In this document: positions 55,250-64,000 of the stretch, piece by piece | How the letters are laid out: the number at the start of each line of letters is the position of its first letter | Position numbering within the stretch: position 1 is the stretch's first letter | Assembly: GCA_902494245.1 (NCBI GenBank) | Contig: CABUSR010000005.1 | Location: forward strand, 6,081-70,080 | From: an uncultured Collinsella sp. | GTDB taxonomy: Bacteria > Actinomycetota > Coriobacteriia > Coriobacteriales > Coriobacteriaceae | Direction: 5' to 3' | Length of the DNA stretch: 64,000 bases | Notes under the pieces: model-generated | Database searches by the model: none | Told to the model about the DNA's origin: nothing | What the model saw: only the letters and a program-made list of their open reading frames with translations | Translations under genes and position numbers: made by a program

Positions 55250-56668
55250 TTAAGCGTCTTTCTTGGCAGTCAGATACTCGATGAACTCGGGGCCGACGGT
55301 CGTAACGTCACCGGCACCCATGGTGAGCAGCAGGTCGCCCTCGCCCACGAGCTTCTCAAGCTCCTGGTTGAGCTCAAGACGACTGGAGCAGTACACGACC
55401 TCCTTGCCGGGGTGCTTAGCGCGAACGGTATCTGCGAGCATCTTGGAGGTAACGCCCGGAATCGGCATCTCGCCGGCGGAGAATACATCGATCAGCAGCA
55501 GCTTGTCGGCGTTGGCAAAGGCATCGGCAAAGTCATCGCACAGAGCCTGCAGGCGCGAATAGCGGTGCGGTTGGAACACGACGTCGACATGTTTGTAGCC
55601 CAGCGAAGAGGCAGCAGCGAGCGTCGCCTTGATCTCGGTGGGATGATGGCCGTAATCGTCAACCACCGTGATGCCGTCGATATCGCCCACGTGGGTAAAG
55701 CGACGGCGGACGCCCTCAAAACTCGAAAGTGCCTTAGCGGCGGCATCGATATCGAGGCCTAAGACATGGGCGACGGTCAAGACGGCCGTGGCGTTGAGCA
55801 TGTTGTGGCGACCGGGGTTGCTCTTAATCTCGACAGCGTGCTCGGTGCCGTCCTCAAAGCGAACGATAAAGTCGCTCTGGATGCCCTTGACATCCGGATG
55901 TACGCAGACGATGTCGTTGTTCTCGGCAAAGCCATAGGAAAGCACATGACGGCCCGTCGACTTGGCGAGCTCGACCAGATGCGGATCCTCGCCGCAAACG
56001 ATGACGGTGCCGTCCTCGCCCACCAGCCCCATAAACTTGGCAAAGGTGGCCTCGATCTCCTCGATGCCCGAGTAATGATCGAGATGGTCGGCCTCGACGT
56101 TGGTCACGATGACCACGTTGGGGTTCAGGAACAGGAACGAGCTGTCGGACTCGTCGGCCTCGGCGACAAAGTAGTCACCCGAGCCGTTCTTGCCGTTGGT
56201 GTCGTAGCCCTCGACAATGCCACCGATCAAAAAGCTGGGGTCCAGACCCATGCGGTCGAGCATCGTGGCGCACATCGAAGAGGTCGTGGTCTTGCCGTGC
56301 GTGCCGGCGACGGCGACGGTGGTGTAGCCATGGCCCAAAGCCGAGAGCATCTTGGCACGGGGCCACACGGGAATACCAAGCTCGCGGGCACGCACGAGCT
56401 CGGGGTTGGACTCGGGAATAGCGGTGGAGACCACAACCACGTCGGGCTTGACCTCGTCGATCGTCGCAGCCTCGTGGCCCACGTGGACCTTCACGCCGGC
56501 GCGGGTAAGCTGGCGAATATAACGCGACGTCTTAAGGTCGGAGCCGGTAACGGTATAACCGCGCTCGTGCAGGACGAGGGCGATGCCGCTCATGCCGGCG
56601 CCGCCGATACCGATAAAGTGGGCGCTCTTGAACTCGGGCGCGGAGGTTGCAGTCTGGGAATCAGCCAT
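55250..56668 (-). CDS. murC: UDP-N-acetylmuramate--L-alanine ligase
   Basis: Start trimmed to ATG 56668. Motifs present: HFIGIGGAGMSGIA and VAGTHGKTTTSSM. Confidence 0.9.
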   Translation of the reverse strand: MADSQTATSAPEFKSAHFIGIGGAGMSGIALVLHERGYTVTGSDLKTSRYIRQLTRAGVKVHVGHEAATIDEVKPDVVVVSTAIPESNPELVRARELGIPVWPRAKMLSALGHGYTTVAVAGTHGKTTTSSMCATMLDRMGLDPSFLIGGIVEGYDTNGKNGSGDYFVAEADESDSSFLFLNPNVVIVTNVEADHLDHYSGIEEIEATFAKFMGLVGEDGTVIVCGEDPHLVELAKSTGRHVLSYGFAENNDIVCVHPDVKGIQSDFIVRFEDGTEHAVEIKSNPGRHNMLNATAVLTVAHVLGLDIDAAAKALSSFEGVRRRFTHVGDIDGITVVDDYGHHPTEIKATLAAASSLGYKHVDVVFQPHRYSRLQALCDDFADAFANADKLLLIDVFSAGEMPIPGVTSKMLADTVRAKHPGKEVVYCSSRLELNQELEKLVGEGDLLLTMGAGDVTTVGPEFIEYLTAKKDA

Positions 56669-56765
56669 GTGCTCGTGTACTCCTTGCGTAAACACTGCCT
56701 GTAACCCGTTAACTGTACCGCACCTACCGCATCCGCGCGAGGGCGACCGGCGATATCCCGTCTAA

Positions 56766-57881
56766 CTAACGCAATCCCTCTACCGCGTCGGCCAAAAGTG
56801 CGGCGGCACGGTCCTGGGCTAAGCCACGCGCCGCCTGACGCATGGCATCACGCGCCGCAGCGTCATCGATCAGGTGCAGCAGCTCGTCGGCAAAGGCAGG
56901 GGCATCGATATCGGCATCGGCGCAAAGCATGGCGGCACCGGCATCGACCAGGTAACGCGCATTCGTGGTCTGGTGGTCGGCCGTCGCGTGCGGATACGGC
57001 ACGAGTACCGAGGGCACGGCAAGAGCGGCGATCTCGGCCACGCTCGAGGCACCGGAACGCGAGAGCACCAGATCGGCCGCAGCCAGCATATCGCCCATGT
57101 TGTCGATGTAGGGCTGGACACGATAGCGCTTCGCCTCCTCGGGCGTCAGCGCCAAAGCGCGCTCGGTCTCCTCAAAGCCGTCGGCACCCGTCGAATGCAA
57201 AATATAAAGATTCTCGCGGGTCAGCAGCTCACTCTTGAGCGAAGCAACGCGCTCGTTGAGATGCTGAGCACCGAGTGAACCACCGAAGACGAGCAGAAGC
57301 GTCGCGTCCTCGGGCACCCCGAGCGTCTTGCGACCGCGAGCGCGATCGCCCTCGATCACCGAACGACGTACGGGATTGCCCGTCATGAGCACATGGTCGG
57401 GGTCGCCCTCGCGCTCAAAGACCGCGCGGGCCGCAGGTACCGAAATGCACACGCGGGCGGCATGTGAATTCATCATCTTATTGGCCAGACCCGGAACAGA
57501 GTTCTGCTCGTGCAGCAGATACGGAACGCCGGCGCCCTTGCACCAACCCAGCAGCGGGACCTCAACATAAGCACCAAAGCCGATAGCGGCATCGGGCTTA
57601 CCAACCTTCGAGAAGTGACGGGCAAGCGCGCGCTTCGCCTTGTTGACGCGCCACAGCGAGGTCAGCGCCGTCCAGGGACGGGAGCGATCGAAGCCCGTGA
57701 CCGTGATGGGCACAAAATCGAATCCGGCCTCGGGAACCAGACGACCCTCGAGCTTGCGCGATTGGCCCACGAACACAACGCGATGACCGCGGTCACGCAG
57801 CTCCTCGGCCAAGGCGAGCGCGGGGTTGATATGTCCTGCCGTGCCGCCAGCTGCAATAGCAACGGTCATCTTATCGGTCAT
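56766..57881 (-). CDS. murG: Undecaprenyldiphospho-muramoylpentapeptide beta-N-acetylglucosaminyltransferase
   Basis: Start at ATG 57881 (AAGGGA upstream), overlapping the ftsW end. It contains AAGGTAGHINPALALAEEL. Confidence 0.9.
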   Translation of the reverse strand: MTDKMTVAIAAGGTAGHINPALALAEELRDRGHRVVFVGQSRKLEGRLVPEAGFDFVPITVTGFDRSRPWTALTSLWRVNKAKRALARHFSKVGKPDAAIGFGAYVEVPLLGWCKGAGVPYLLHEQNSVPGLANKMMNSHAARVCISVPAARAVFEREGDPDHVLMTGNPVRRSVIEGDRARGRKTLGVPEDATLLLVFGGSLGAQHLNERVASLKSELLTRENLYILHSTGADGFEETERALALTPEEAKRYRVQPYIDNMGDMLAAADLVLSRSGASSVAEIAALAVPSVLVPYPHATADHQTTNARYLVDAGAAMLCADADIDAPAFADELLHLIDDAAARDAMRQAARGLAQDRAAALLADAVEGLR

Positions 57882-59397
57882 GGTAATCCCTTCGTACACG
57901 CGGCCCCTGGTCATCGGTGCGCAAACGCGCCGACGGGTCCGAATTCAAATCGATTCGATTATATCCGCCGCCCGCATTGCGAGGACTGGGGCGCTGAGGA
58001 CGACCTTGCGGCGCCGTTCGCTGACGCGGACGGGCTGCCGGCTCGGTCGCAGAGCCATCCAGGACGGTAAAACCGTTACGCGAAGATCGCTCGCCGCGCA
58101 CGTGGGGCACGCCGGCGGTACTCTCATCCATAACGGCAAAGCTCTCGCGGCGACGGTCGTACTCATCGCGACGGGCGCTCTCATACGAAACGCGCAGGAT
58201 CAGACCGGCGAGCATAAGCGACACAATAATCGACGAGCCACCGTAGCTAATAAACGGCAGCGGCTTGCCCGTCATGGGAAACACATTGAGAATGCCCAGC
58301 GCGTTGATCAAAAACTGCACCGCAAGGATGACCGCGGAACCCGATGCCATAAGTGCTCCGCGACGGTCGGTCGCCTGCTCGGCAATGCGAAACGCCGAGT
58401 AGATCAGCATCGCAAACACCAAGAAGAACAGCACGGTTCCGATAAAGCCAACTTCCTCGCCGATGATAGCCAAGATGTAGTCGTTATGCGCCTCGGGCAA
58501 ATACGAGTACTTCATGGTGGAGCTGCCGATACCGCGACCGAACAGGCCGCCCGAGGCAAACGCCATGATGGCAAGCGTGGCCTGATAGCCGTCGCCATAT
58601 TCGTCTGCCCAAGGATTCCAAGCAACCTCGACACGCGTCATACGATACGGCTCGGCGATAAGGGCGATCGCAATGACGGCGATGCCGGCAACGACCGTCC
58701 AAACGATATATTTGGGGTCCAATCCCGCAAACAACGCCATGCACATGAGGGTCAGCAAGATGATCAGAACGGTGCCAAAATCGGGCTGAACAAAGATCAG
58801 AAAGAGCGAAATGCCCAGGTAGATGCCCATGTTGCGAAGAAACTCGTTGATGTTGCCGCCGGGCGAAAAGATGCGGTCGAGCATGATGGCCGAATACGCG
58901 ATGGCGAACGGCTTTAAAAACTCAGACGGCTGGAACTGAATACCGGCGATGTTGAGCCAGCGCGTGGCGCCACGACTGCCGCTACCCATAAAGAACACCA
59001 GAACCAGTAGCCCTATCATTCCCATGAGGAAGATCCTGAGCACGTCTTCCCCAAACCAACTGTCCGGCAAGATGCGCACGATGGCAACCATAGCCAGCAC
59101 GCCAACTCCGGCAAACGCGGCTTGTCGAAACAGGAAAAACGTCGCCGAACCATTCTCGTGCAGTGCCTCGACCGAAGATGCCGAGTACACCATCAGCAAG
59201 CCAAAGCAAACCAAGCTAAACAGGCACGCCATAAATATCAAACGGGGGCGCATGATGCGGGCGGGGACGCCGGCAATATAGCGCTCACTGAACGTCTGCC
59301 CGCCGCGTCCGGAACGCGGCGTGCTACGCAGCGAGGAAGCACGGTCCGAGTCGGGCCTCCTCATATCACTTCGGGGGCTCTCCTCTCTCACCGGCAA
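57871..59397 (-). CDS. ftsW: FtsW (SEDS family) peptidoglycan glycosyltransferase with basic N- and C-terminal extensions
   Basis: 508 aa with the SEDS core (QPSEFLK, LPEAHNDYI, PFISYGGSS). The start is TTG 59397 or ATG 59364. Confidence 0.9.
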   Translation of the reverse strand: MPVREESPRSDMRRPDSDRASSLRSTPRSGRGGQTFSERYIAGVPARIMRPRLIFMACLFSLVCFGLLMVYSASSVEALHENGSATFFLFRQAAFAGVGVLAMVAIVRILPDSWFGEDVLRIFLMGMIGLLVLVFFMGSGSRGATRWLNIAGIQFQPSEFLKPFAIAYSAIMLDRIFSPGGNINEFLRNMGIYLGISLFLIFVQPDFGTVLIILLTLMCMALFAGLDPKYIVWTVVAGIAVIAIALIAEPYRMTRVEVAWNPWADEYGDGYQATLAIMAFASGGLFGRGIGSSTMKYSYLPEAHNDYILAIIGEEVGFIGTVLFFLVFAMLIYSAFRIAEQATDRRGALMASGSAVILAVQFLINALGILNVFPMTGKPLPFISYGGSSIIVSLMLAGLILRVSYESARRDEYDRRRESFAVMDESTAGVPHVRGERSSRNGFTVLDGSATEPAARPRQRTAPQGRPQRPSPRNAGGGYNRIDLNSDPSARLRTDDQGPRVRRDYHDR

Positions 59398-59400
59398 CCC

Positions 59401-60807
59401 CTATTCCGTTTGCGATTTCGCTGCTGCGGCAAGCTGGGCAACGTAGTCCTTAAACACGCGACCGCGCTCCTCGTAGCCCGAGAACTCGTCGAACGAAGAG
59501 CAAGCGGGCGAAAGCAGGATCACGTCGCCGCGGCTCGAGAGCGAGCGGGCAACGTCAACGGCATCGCGCAGATCATCGGCCTGGGCGATATCCACGTCAC
59601 CATCGACATCGGCCTCGTCCATAGCGGCGGTAAAGCGCTCTCGCGCATCGCCAAAGCAAACGACCGAGCGCACGTTGTCCATAACGACGCGGGCAAAGTC
59701 CGCAAGCGGCGTACCCTTATCGTGACCGCCGAGCAGCAAGATCACATCGTCGTCGGGAAACGCCGTCAGGGCCTTTTCGACCGCATCGGTGTTCGTTGCC
59801 TTGGAATCGTTGACGTAGCGCACGCCATCGATCTCGCCGCAGGGTTCAACGCGGTGCTCCAGCGGCTGGAACGATGCCAAACCGCGGCAAATGCCCTCGG
59901 GATCGGCACCGACGGCCAGAGCAGCCGTGGCGGCGCATAAGGCATTGATGACATTGTGATGGCCCGAGATCTTGAGCTCAGACGTGGCGACAAGCTGAGT
60001 CTCGACGCCCTTCAGGCGCACGACCATCTTGCCGTCGCGCACAAAGGCGGCGTCTGCACCTTCGGGCTCGTCAAAGGCGACCTTGCAGATGCGGCGACCC
60101 GGTGTGTAGATGTACTCATCGAACTCATGGATGCCGGCATCCTCGACGTCGATAACCACGAGGTCGTCGTCGACCATATTCTCGAACAACTTGATCTTGG
60201 CGAGCGCATAGTTCTTGTGGCTCTTGTGCCAGCCCAGATGGTCGGGCGTGATGTTGAGCAGTACCGCAACGCGAGGATGAAGCTCGGCGGTCGTAGCAAT
60301 CTGATAACTCGACAGCTCGGCCACAAACCACTCATTGTGTGCGCGGCCGTCGATCTCGTTCACCGGCGGCTCGCCGATATTACCGACGGCCACGCTGGCT
60401 TCACCGGCGGCCTTGAGCAGATAATCGGTCAGCGACGTGGTAGTTGTCTTGCCATTGGTGCCCGTGATGGCGATCCAATTTTGGGGAGACAGGCGATAGG
60501 CAAACTCGGGCTCGCCCATAATCTGAGCGGCATGCTCACGCCCAGCCTTAAAGAAGGCCGAAAACTCCGAGATACCCGGGCATGTCACGCACACGTCATA
60601 GGCACCCTCGACCTGCTCGGTGCCGTAGACAAACGACGCGCCCTGCGCCTCGAGCGCACGCGTGGCTTCATTGGGCTCGGAGCTACCGCCGCCATACACG
60701 GTCGTGGCGCTCACGCGCTCGGGGTGAGCCAACGCCCAACGGGCGACATGGAGACCGGATTTACCCTGCCCCAAAACAAGCAGGCTAAAGACATTAGCAA
60801 GAGGCAT
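59401..60807 (-). CDS. murD: UDP-N-acetylmuramoylalanine--D-glutamate ligase
   Basis: 468 aa. It contains ITGTNGKTTTTSL and the Mur ligase middle and C-terminal domains. Confidence 0.9.
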   Translation of the reverse strand: MPLANVFSLLVLGQGKSGLHVARWALAHPERVSATTVYGGGSSEPNEATRALEAQGASFVYGTEQVEGAYDVCVTCPGISEFSAFFKAGREHAAQIMGEPEFAYRLSPQNWIAITGTNGKTTTTSLTDYLLKAAGEASVAVGNIGEPPVNEIDGRAHNEWFVAELSSYQIATTAELHPRVAVLLNITPDHLGWHKSHKNYALAKIKLFENMVDDDLVVIDVEDAGIHEFDEYIYTPGRRICKVAFDEPEGADAAFVRDGKMVVRLKGVETQLVATSELKISGHHNVINALCAATAALAVGADPEGICRGLASFQPLEHRVEPCGEIDGVRYVNDSKATNTDAVEKALTAFPDDDVILLLGGHDKGTPLADFARVVMDNVRSVVCFGDARERFTAAMDEADVDGDVDIAQADDLRDAVDVARSLSSRGDVILLSPACSSFDEFSGYEERGRVFKDYVAQLAAAAKSQTE

Positions 60808-60816
60808 GAAAGACCA

Positions 60817-61836
60817 CTATCCCAACTGGAAGAACAGGGCGAGGCCAACGGCGCCAAAGGCCGCGGCGATAATCCAAAAACGGATAACGACCTTGGTCTC
60901 GGCCCAACCCTTCTTTTCGAAATGATGATGAATGGGCGCCATAAGGAAGACGCGCTTGTGCGTAAAGTGGAAATAGACAACCTGGATCATGACCGACAGA
61001 GTCTCGACGATAAACAGACCGCCGATGATGAGGGAAACGACTTCGGTGTTGGTCATGATGGAGGTGCAGGCAAAAGCGGCACCCAGGGCAAGCGAGCCGG
61101 TATCGCCCATAAAGATGCTCGCCGGGTAGCAATTGAACCACAAAAAGCCAAGGCAGGCACCGGCGCACGCCGTGCAGAAGATGGACAGGTTCACGTCACC
61201 GTGCAAAAACGCCATGGCGGCCATGGCGAGCATGGCAATCATGGAAGTGCCACCGGCAAGGCCGTCCAGACCATCGGTCAGGTTCACGGCATTGGAAAGA
61301 CCGGCGATCATCAGCCAGCAAAATACAATGTAGAGCCACGGGAACGAAAGGCCGCAGATGGTGGTCGAAAGAACACCGAGGTCAATCGTCAGGCCGCCGG
61401 GAAAACGAATCTCGGGGGCGACGCCGCACCAATTGACGGCGAGCACGGTAAAAGTGACGCAGATGATGGTCAGACCGATCATCTTGGCGTGAGGCGTCAG
61501 GCCGAGTGAGCGACCATGCGTGACGGAGGTCAGGTCGTCGATGAGACCCAGAACGCCGGTGGCCAGCGTGGCAAGCAGCACGAGCACGAGCTCGGTGGTG
61601 AGCTTGCCCATCAGCAGGCAGGTCAGCGAGATCGCGACAAGGATGATAACGCCGCCCATGGTCGGCGTACCTTGTTTAATCAAATGACGCTTGGGGCCGT
61701 CTGCTCGGACCTGTTGGCCGATACCCTCGACCTTCAGCAGCTTGATCCACCACGGCATAAGCAGCAACGCAATGGCGGCAGCGATGCCAAGTCCCAAAAA
61801 GGCCTGATACGTAGGATACGAGGGATTGCCGAACAT
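60817..61836 (-). CDS. mraY: Phospho-N-acetylmuramoyl-pentapeptide transferase
   Basis: 339 aa. Motifs present: KQGTPTMGG, NAVNLTDGLDGLA, APIHHHFE. Confidence 0.95.
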   Translation of the reverse strand: MFGNPSYPTYQAFLGLGIAAAIALLLMPWWIKLLKVEGIGQQVRADGPKRHLIKQGTPTMGGVIILVAISLTCLLMGKLTTELVLVLLATLATGVLGLIDDLTSVTHGRSLGLTPHAKMIGLTIICVTFTVLAVNWCGVAPEIRFPGGLTIDLGVLSTTICGLSFPWLYIVFCWLMIAGLSNAVNLTDGLDGLAGGTSMIAMLAMAAMAFLHGDVNLSIFCTACAGACLGFLWFNCYPASIFMGDTGSLALGAAFACTSIMTNTEVVSLIIGGLFIVETLSVMIQVVYFHFTHKRVFLMAPIHHHFEKKGWAETKVVIRFWIIAAAFGAVGLALFFQLG

Positions 61837-61839
61837 GGG

Positions 61840-63264
61840 CTAGCACACACCTTCCACAAAGCGGTCGAGCTCAACAAAACGGGAACCCTTGACCAGTACA
61901 ACATCATGATTTTCAAGCGCGCCGCCCATGCGGTCGAGCACCTGCTGATAATCGGAGAACACCTGGATGCGGTCCTCATCCATACCCATCATACGTGCGG
62001 CATCGGCCATGAGCTGAGCCAGCTCGCCGCCCACGCACGCGAGCATGTCGAGCTTCTTGGCGGCGGCATAGGCGCCCACGAGCTCATGCATGCGGGGAGC
62101 CTCGTCGCCCATCTCGCCCATCTCGCCCAAGATCGCCATGCGCGAACCGTCACAGATGAGCGAGCACAGCAAATCGAGGCCGGCAGCCATAGACTCGGCA
62201 CTGGCGTTATAGGAGTCGTCGATGATGCGCGCTCCGCTCTTGGCGCGCTTGATCTCCTGACGGTGACCGGTGATCGTAAGGCCCCTAAAGGCAGCATCGA
62301 TCTGCTCGGGCGTCACGCCCAGACGATAGCCGACAGCGGCGGCCTTGACGGCATTGGGCACGGACTGCACGCCGGGAATGGCCAGCATGGTATCGACCGT
62401 GTCGCCCTGACCAAAGTCGAGCGTAAAGACCGGATGGCCCTCGTCGTCGACGCGAATGTCGCGTGCGCGGACCTCGTCGTCGTCCGAGACACCGGCCAGC
62501 ATCACGTCAATACCCGCAGGCTGGGCGAACGTATCGCGAATGAACGGCGTAAAGTCGTCCTCGCCGCCCAACACCAGCAACGGCGAGAAGTCGCCGGCGG
62601 CGCACATGCCCTGGACAATCTCGGACTTGGCGCGGGCGATGTTCTCGCGGCTGCCCAGAATACCGATATGGGAGGTTCCAATCTTGCTCACGATGGCAAG
62701 ATTGGGGTTGGCAGACTGGGACAGGCGCTCAATCTCATGAAAATGGTTCATGCCCATCTCGAGCACCAGAACCTCGGTATCGGCCGGAGCGGAAAGCACC
62801 GTGAGCGGCATGCCGATCAGGTTGTTGAAATTGCCCTTCGTGGCCCAGACGCGATAACGCTTGGCGAGCACGGCGGCGAGCACGTCCTTGGTCGTCGTCT
62901 TGCCAATCGAACCGGTAATGCCGACGACCAGGCAGCCAAGCTCCAAGCGATATACATGCGCCAGGCGCAGCAAGAACTCCTCGGGGTCGTCGGTCAGCAA
63001 GATGGCGCATCCCTTGTCCTGCGCCAGCGAAACCAGCTCGGCATCGGGTTCGCGCGTCATCACGACGGCACCGGCACCCGACTCGATGGCACGGGAGGCA
63101 AAATCATTGCCGTCGACCTTTTCGCCGGGGAAGGCGACAAAGATCGTCCCCTCCTCGACCTGACGCGAGTCGATAACGCACCCGCGGCATACCCGATCGA
63201 CTTCTTCCGTCACGGTTCGGGCCCCCGTTGAGGCCGCGAGGTTGTTGACGGCGATCTCTATCAT
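61840..63264 (-). CDS. murF: UDP-N-acetylmuramoyl-tripeptide--D-alanyl-D-alanine ligase
   Basis: 474 aa. It contains GITGSIGKTTTKD and the MurF-specific GNFNNLIGMPLT. Confidence 0.9.
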   Translation of the reverse strand: MIEIAVNNLAASTGARTVTEEVDRVCRGCVIDSRQVEEGTIFVAFPGEKVDGNDFASRAIESGAGAVVMTREPDAELVSLAQDKGCAILLTDDPEEFLLRLAHVYRLELGCLVVGITGSIGKTTTKDVLAAVLAKRYRVWATKGNFNNLIGMPLTVLSAPADTEVLVLEMGMNHFHEIERLSQSANPNLAIVSKIGTSHIGILGSRENIARAKSEIVQGMCAAGDFSPLLVLGGEDDFTPFIRDTFAQPAGIDVMLAGVSDDDEVRARDIRVDDEGHPVFTLDFGQGDTVDTMLAIPGVQSVPNAVKAAAVGYRLGVTPEQIDAAFRGLTITGHRQEIKRAKSGARIIDDSYNASAESMAAGLDLLCSLICDGSRMAILGEMGEMGDEAPRMHELVGAYAAAKKLDMLACVGGELAQLMADAARMMGMDEDRIQVFSDYQQVLDRMGGALENHDVVLVKGSRFVELDRFVEGVC

Positions 63265-63389
63265 TGCAGCTCCCCTGTAAACCTAATATTGCTATCGGCG
63301 TATTGTATCCCAGTGCCATGCGCGCGTGGTGCAGGGCATGTGAACACCCTTCAGATCAAACGGCAGACCACGCTCAAGATTGTAACCCC

Positions 63390-64000
63390 CTACTTCGTGC
63401 GCGGGATACCCAGCACGTCGAGCGCGTTGGCCATAATGGACTGGAATGGCACCGCGGCGGCATCCGAGCCGCTCGGCGTTCCATCGAGTGTGATATAGCA
63501 CAGCACCTTGGGCGATTGTGCCGGCGCAAAGCCCATAAAGGACGACATGTAGTTCTCCTTGAGGTAACCGCCGTTCTCGTCAGCGCGCTCGGCCGTACCG
63601 GTCTTGCCCGCTACGTCATAGCCATCAACCGCACCGCCAACGCCCGTGCCTTCGGACACGACCGTCTGCATGCACGATGTCACCTGGGCGGCAGCGTCCT
63701 CCGAAATCGCACGCTCGCCTTCGCCCCAGTCCTTCTCATCGCCCTTGCTGGACTTATAGAAGTGCGGCGTCATCATCACGCCGCCGTTCGCTATGCCGCC
63801 CACGGCACGTGCGACCTCAATCGGCGAGACGGACAGCGCCTGACCAAAGCTCATCGAGCCCAGCGTGGCGCCGTCGTACTGGTCGCGCTCCTTGACGATG
63901 CCCAGGCTCTCACCCGGAAAATCGACACCGGAGCTATGACCGATACCCCACTTGTCCACATAGGTGGCAAAATCATCGGCACCGATCTTGCGTCCCACCA
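63390..64000 (-). CDS. Class B penicillin-binding protein (FtsI-like transpeptidase), C-terminal part; continues beyond the window end
   Basis: It has the KTGT motif (VAGKTGTAERAD) and transpeptidase C-terminal blocks. Its position upstream of murF fits. Confidence 0.85.
   Translation of the reverse strand, partial: VGRKIGADDFATYVDKWGIGHSSGVDFPGESLGIVKERDQYDGATLGSMSFGQALSVSPIEVARAVGGIANGGVMMTPHFYKSSKGDEKDWGEGERAISEDAAAQVTSCMQTVVSEGTGVGGAVDGYDVAGKTGTAERADENGGYLKENYMSSFMGFAPAQSPKVLCYITLDGTPSGSDAAAVPFQSIMANALDVLGIPRTK

Noticed and set aside
51667-63231. Long plus-strand ORFs across the dcw cluster (51667..52953, 55766..56704, 57826..58917, 59956..61509, 61516..63231, among others).
   Set aside because: All are antisense to well-supported Mur/Fts genes. 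They have low-complexity Gly/Asp/Arg/His composition and are shadow ORFs.

Overview
High-GC (about 60%) chromosomal core region. The gene content and order suggest an anaerobic actinobacterium of the Coriobacteriia type, Collinsella-like; this is inference only.

The right third (about 43.6-64 kb, minus strand) is the division/cell-wall cluster: PBP-murF-mraY-murD-ftsW-murG-murC-murB-ftsQ-ftsZ-pgeF ... yggS-sepF-yggT-divIVA. There is no ftsA. A complete pstSCAB-phoU operon is wedged between pgeF and yggS.

The remainder is housekeeping and metabolism:
- molybdate uptake and Moco genes: modABC, moaB, moeA
- a CLC antiporter, a DAG-kinase-family lipid kinase, arfB, xpt, an MFS transporter and metY
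- RNase P RNA and rpsA
- rpiB, ndk, argG, argH and polA
- an M18 aminopeptidase and yaaA
- TPP-riboswitch-thiC, thiD
- an SGNH esterase, a PARG-like macrodomain protein and a BI-1 family protein
- PiT plus DUF47, and a nitroreductase

I found no tRNA, rRNA, CRISPR-cas, transposase, prophage or recognisable defence genes.

The least ordinary parts are:
- (i) The left end carries an operon of an HgdC-type activase plus two paralogous HgdB/DCCP-like Fe-S subunits, followed by selD. The selD gene has an in-frame UGA (Sec) at the catalytic Cys17 position.
- (ii) Two homologous ~100-nt extended hairpins with compensatory changes sit in that operon's intercistronic spacers.
- (iii) An Arg-codon-rich leader ORF with mutually exclusive helices lies upstream of argG.
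- (iv) A foreign-looking 0.5-kb insert separates argG from argH.
- (v) Several long perfect palindromic intergenic elements are present, including a triple-hairpin BIME-like array at 37.2 kb.

Many long ORFs in the six-frame track are antisense shadow ORFs typical of high-GC DNA.
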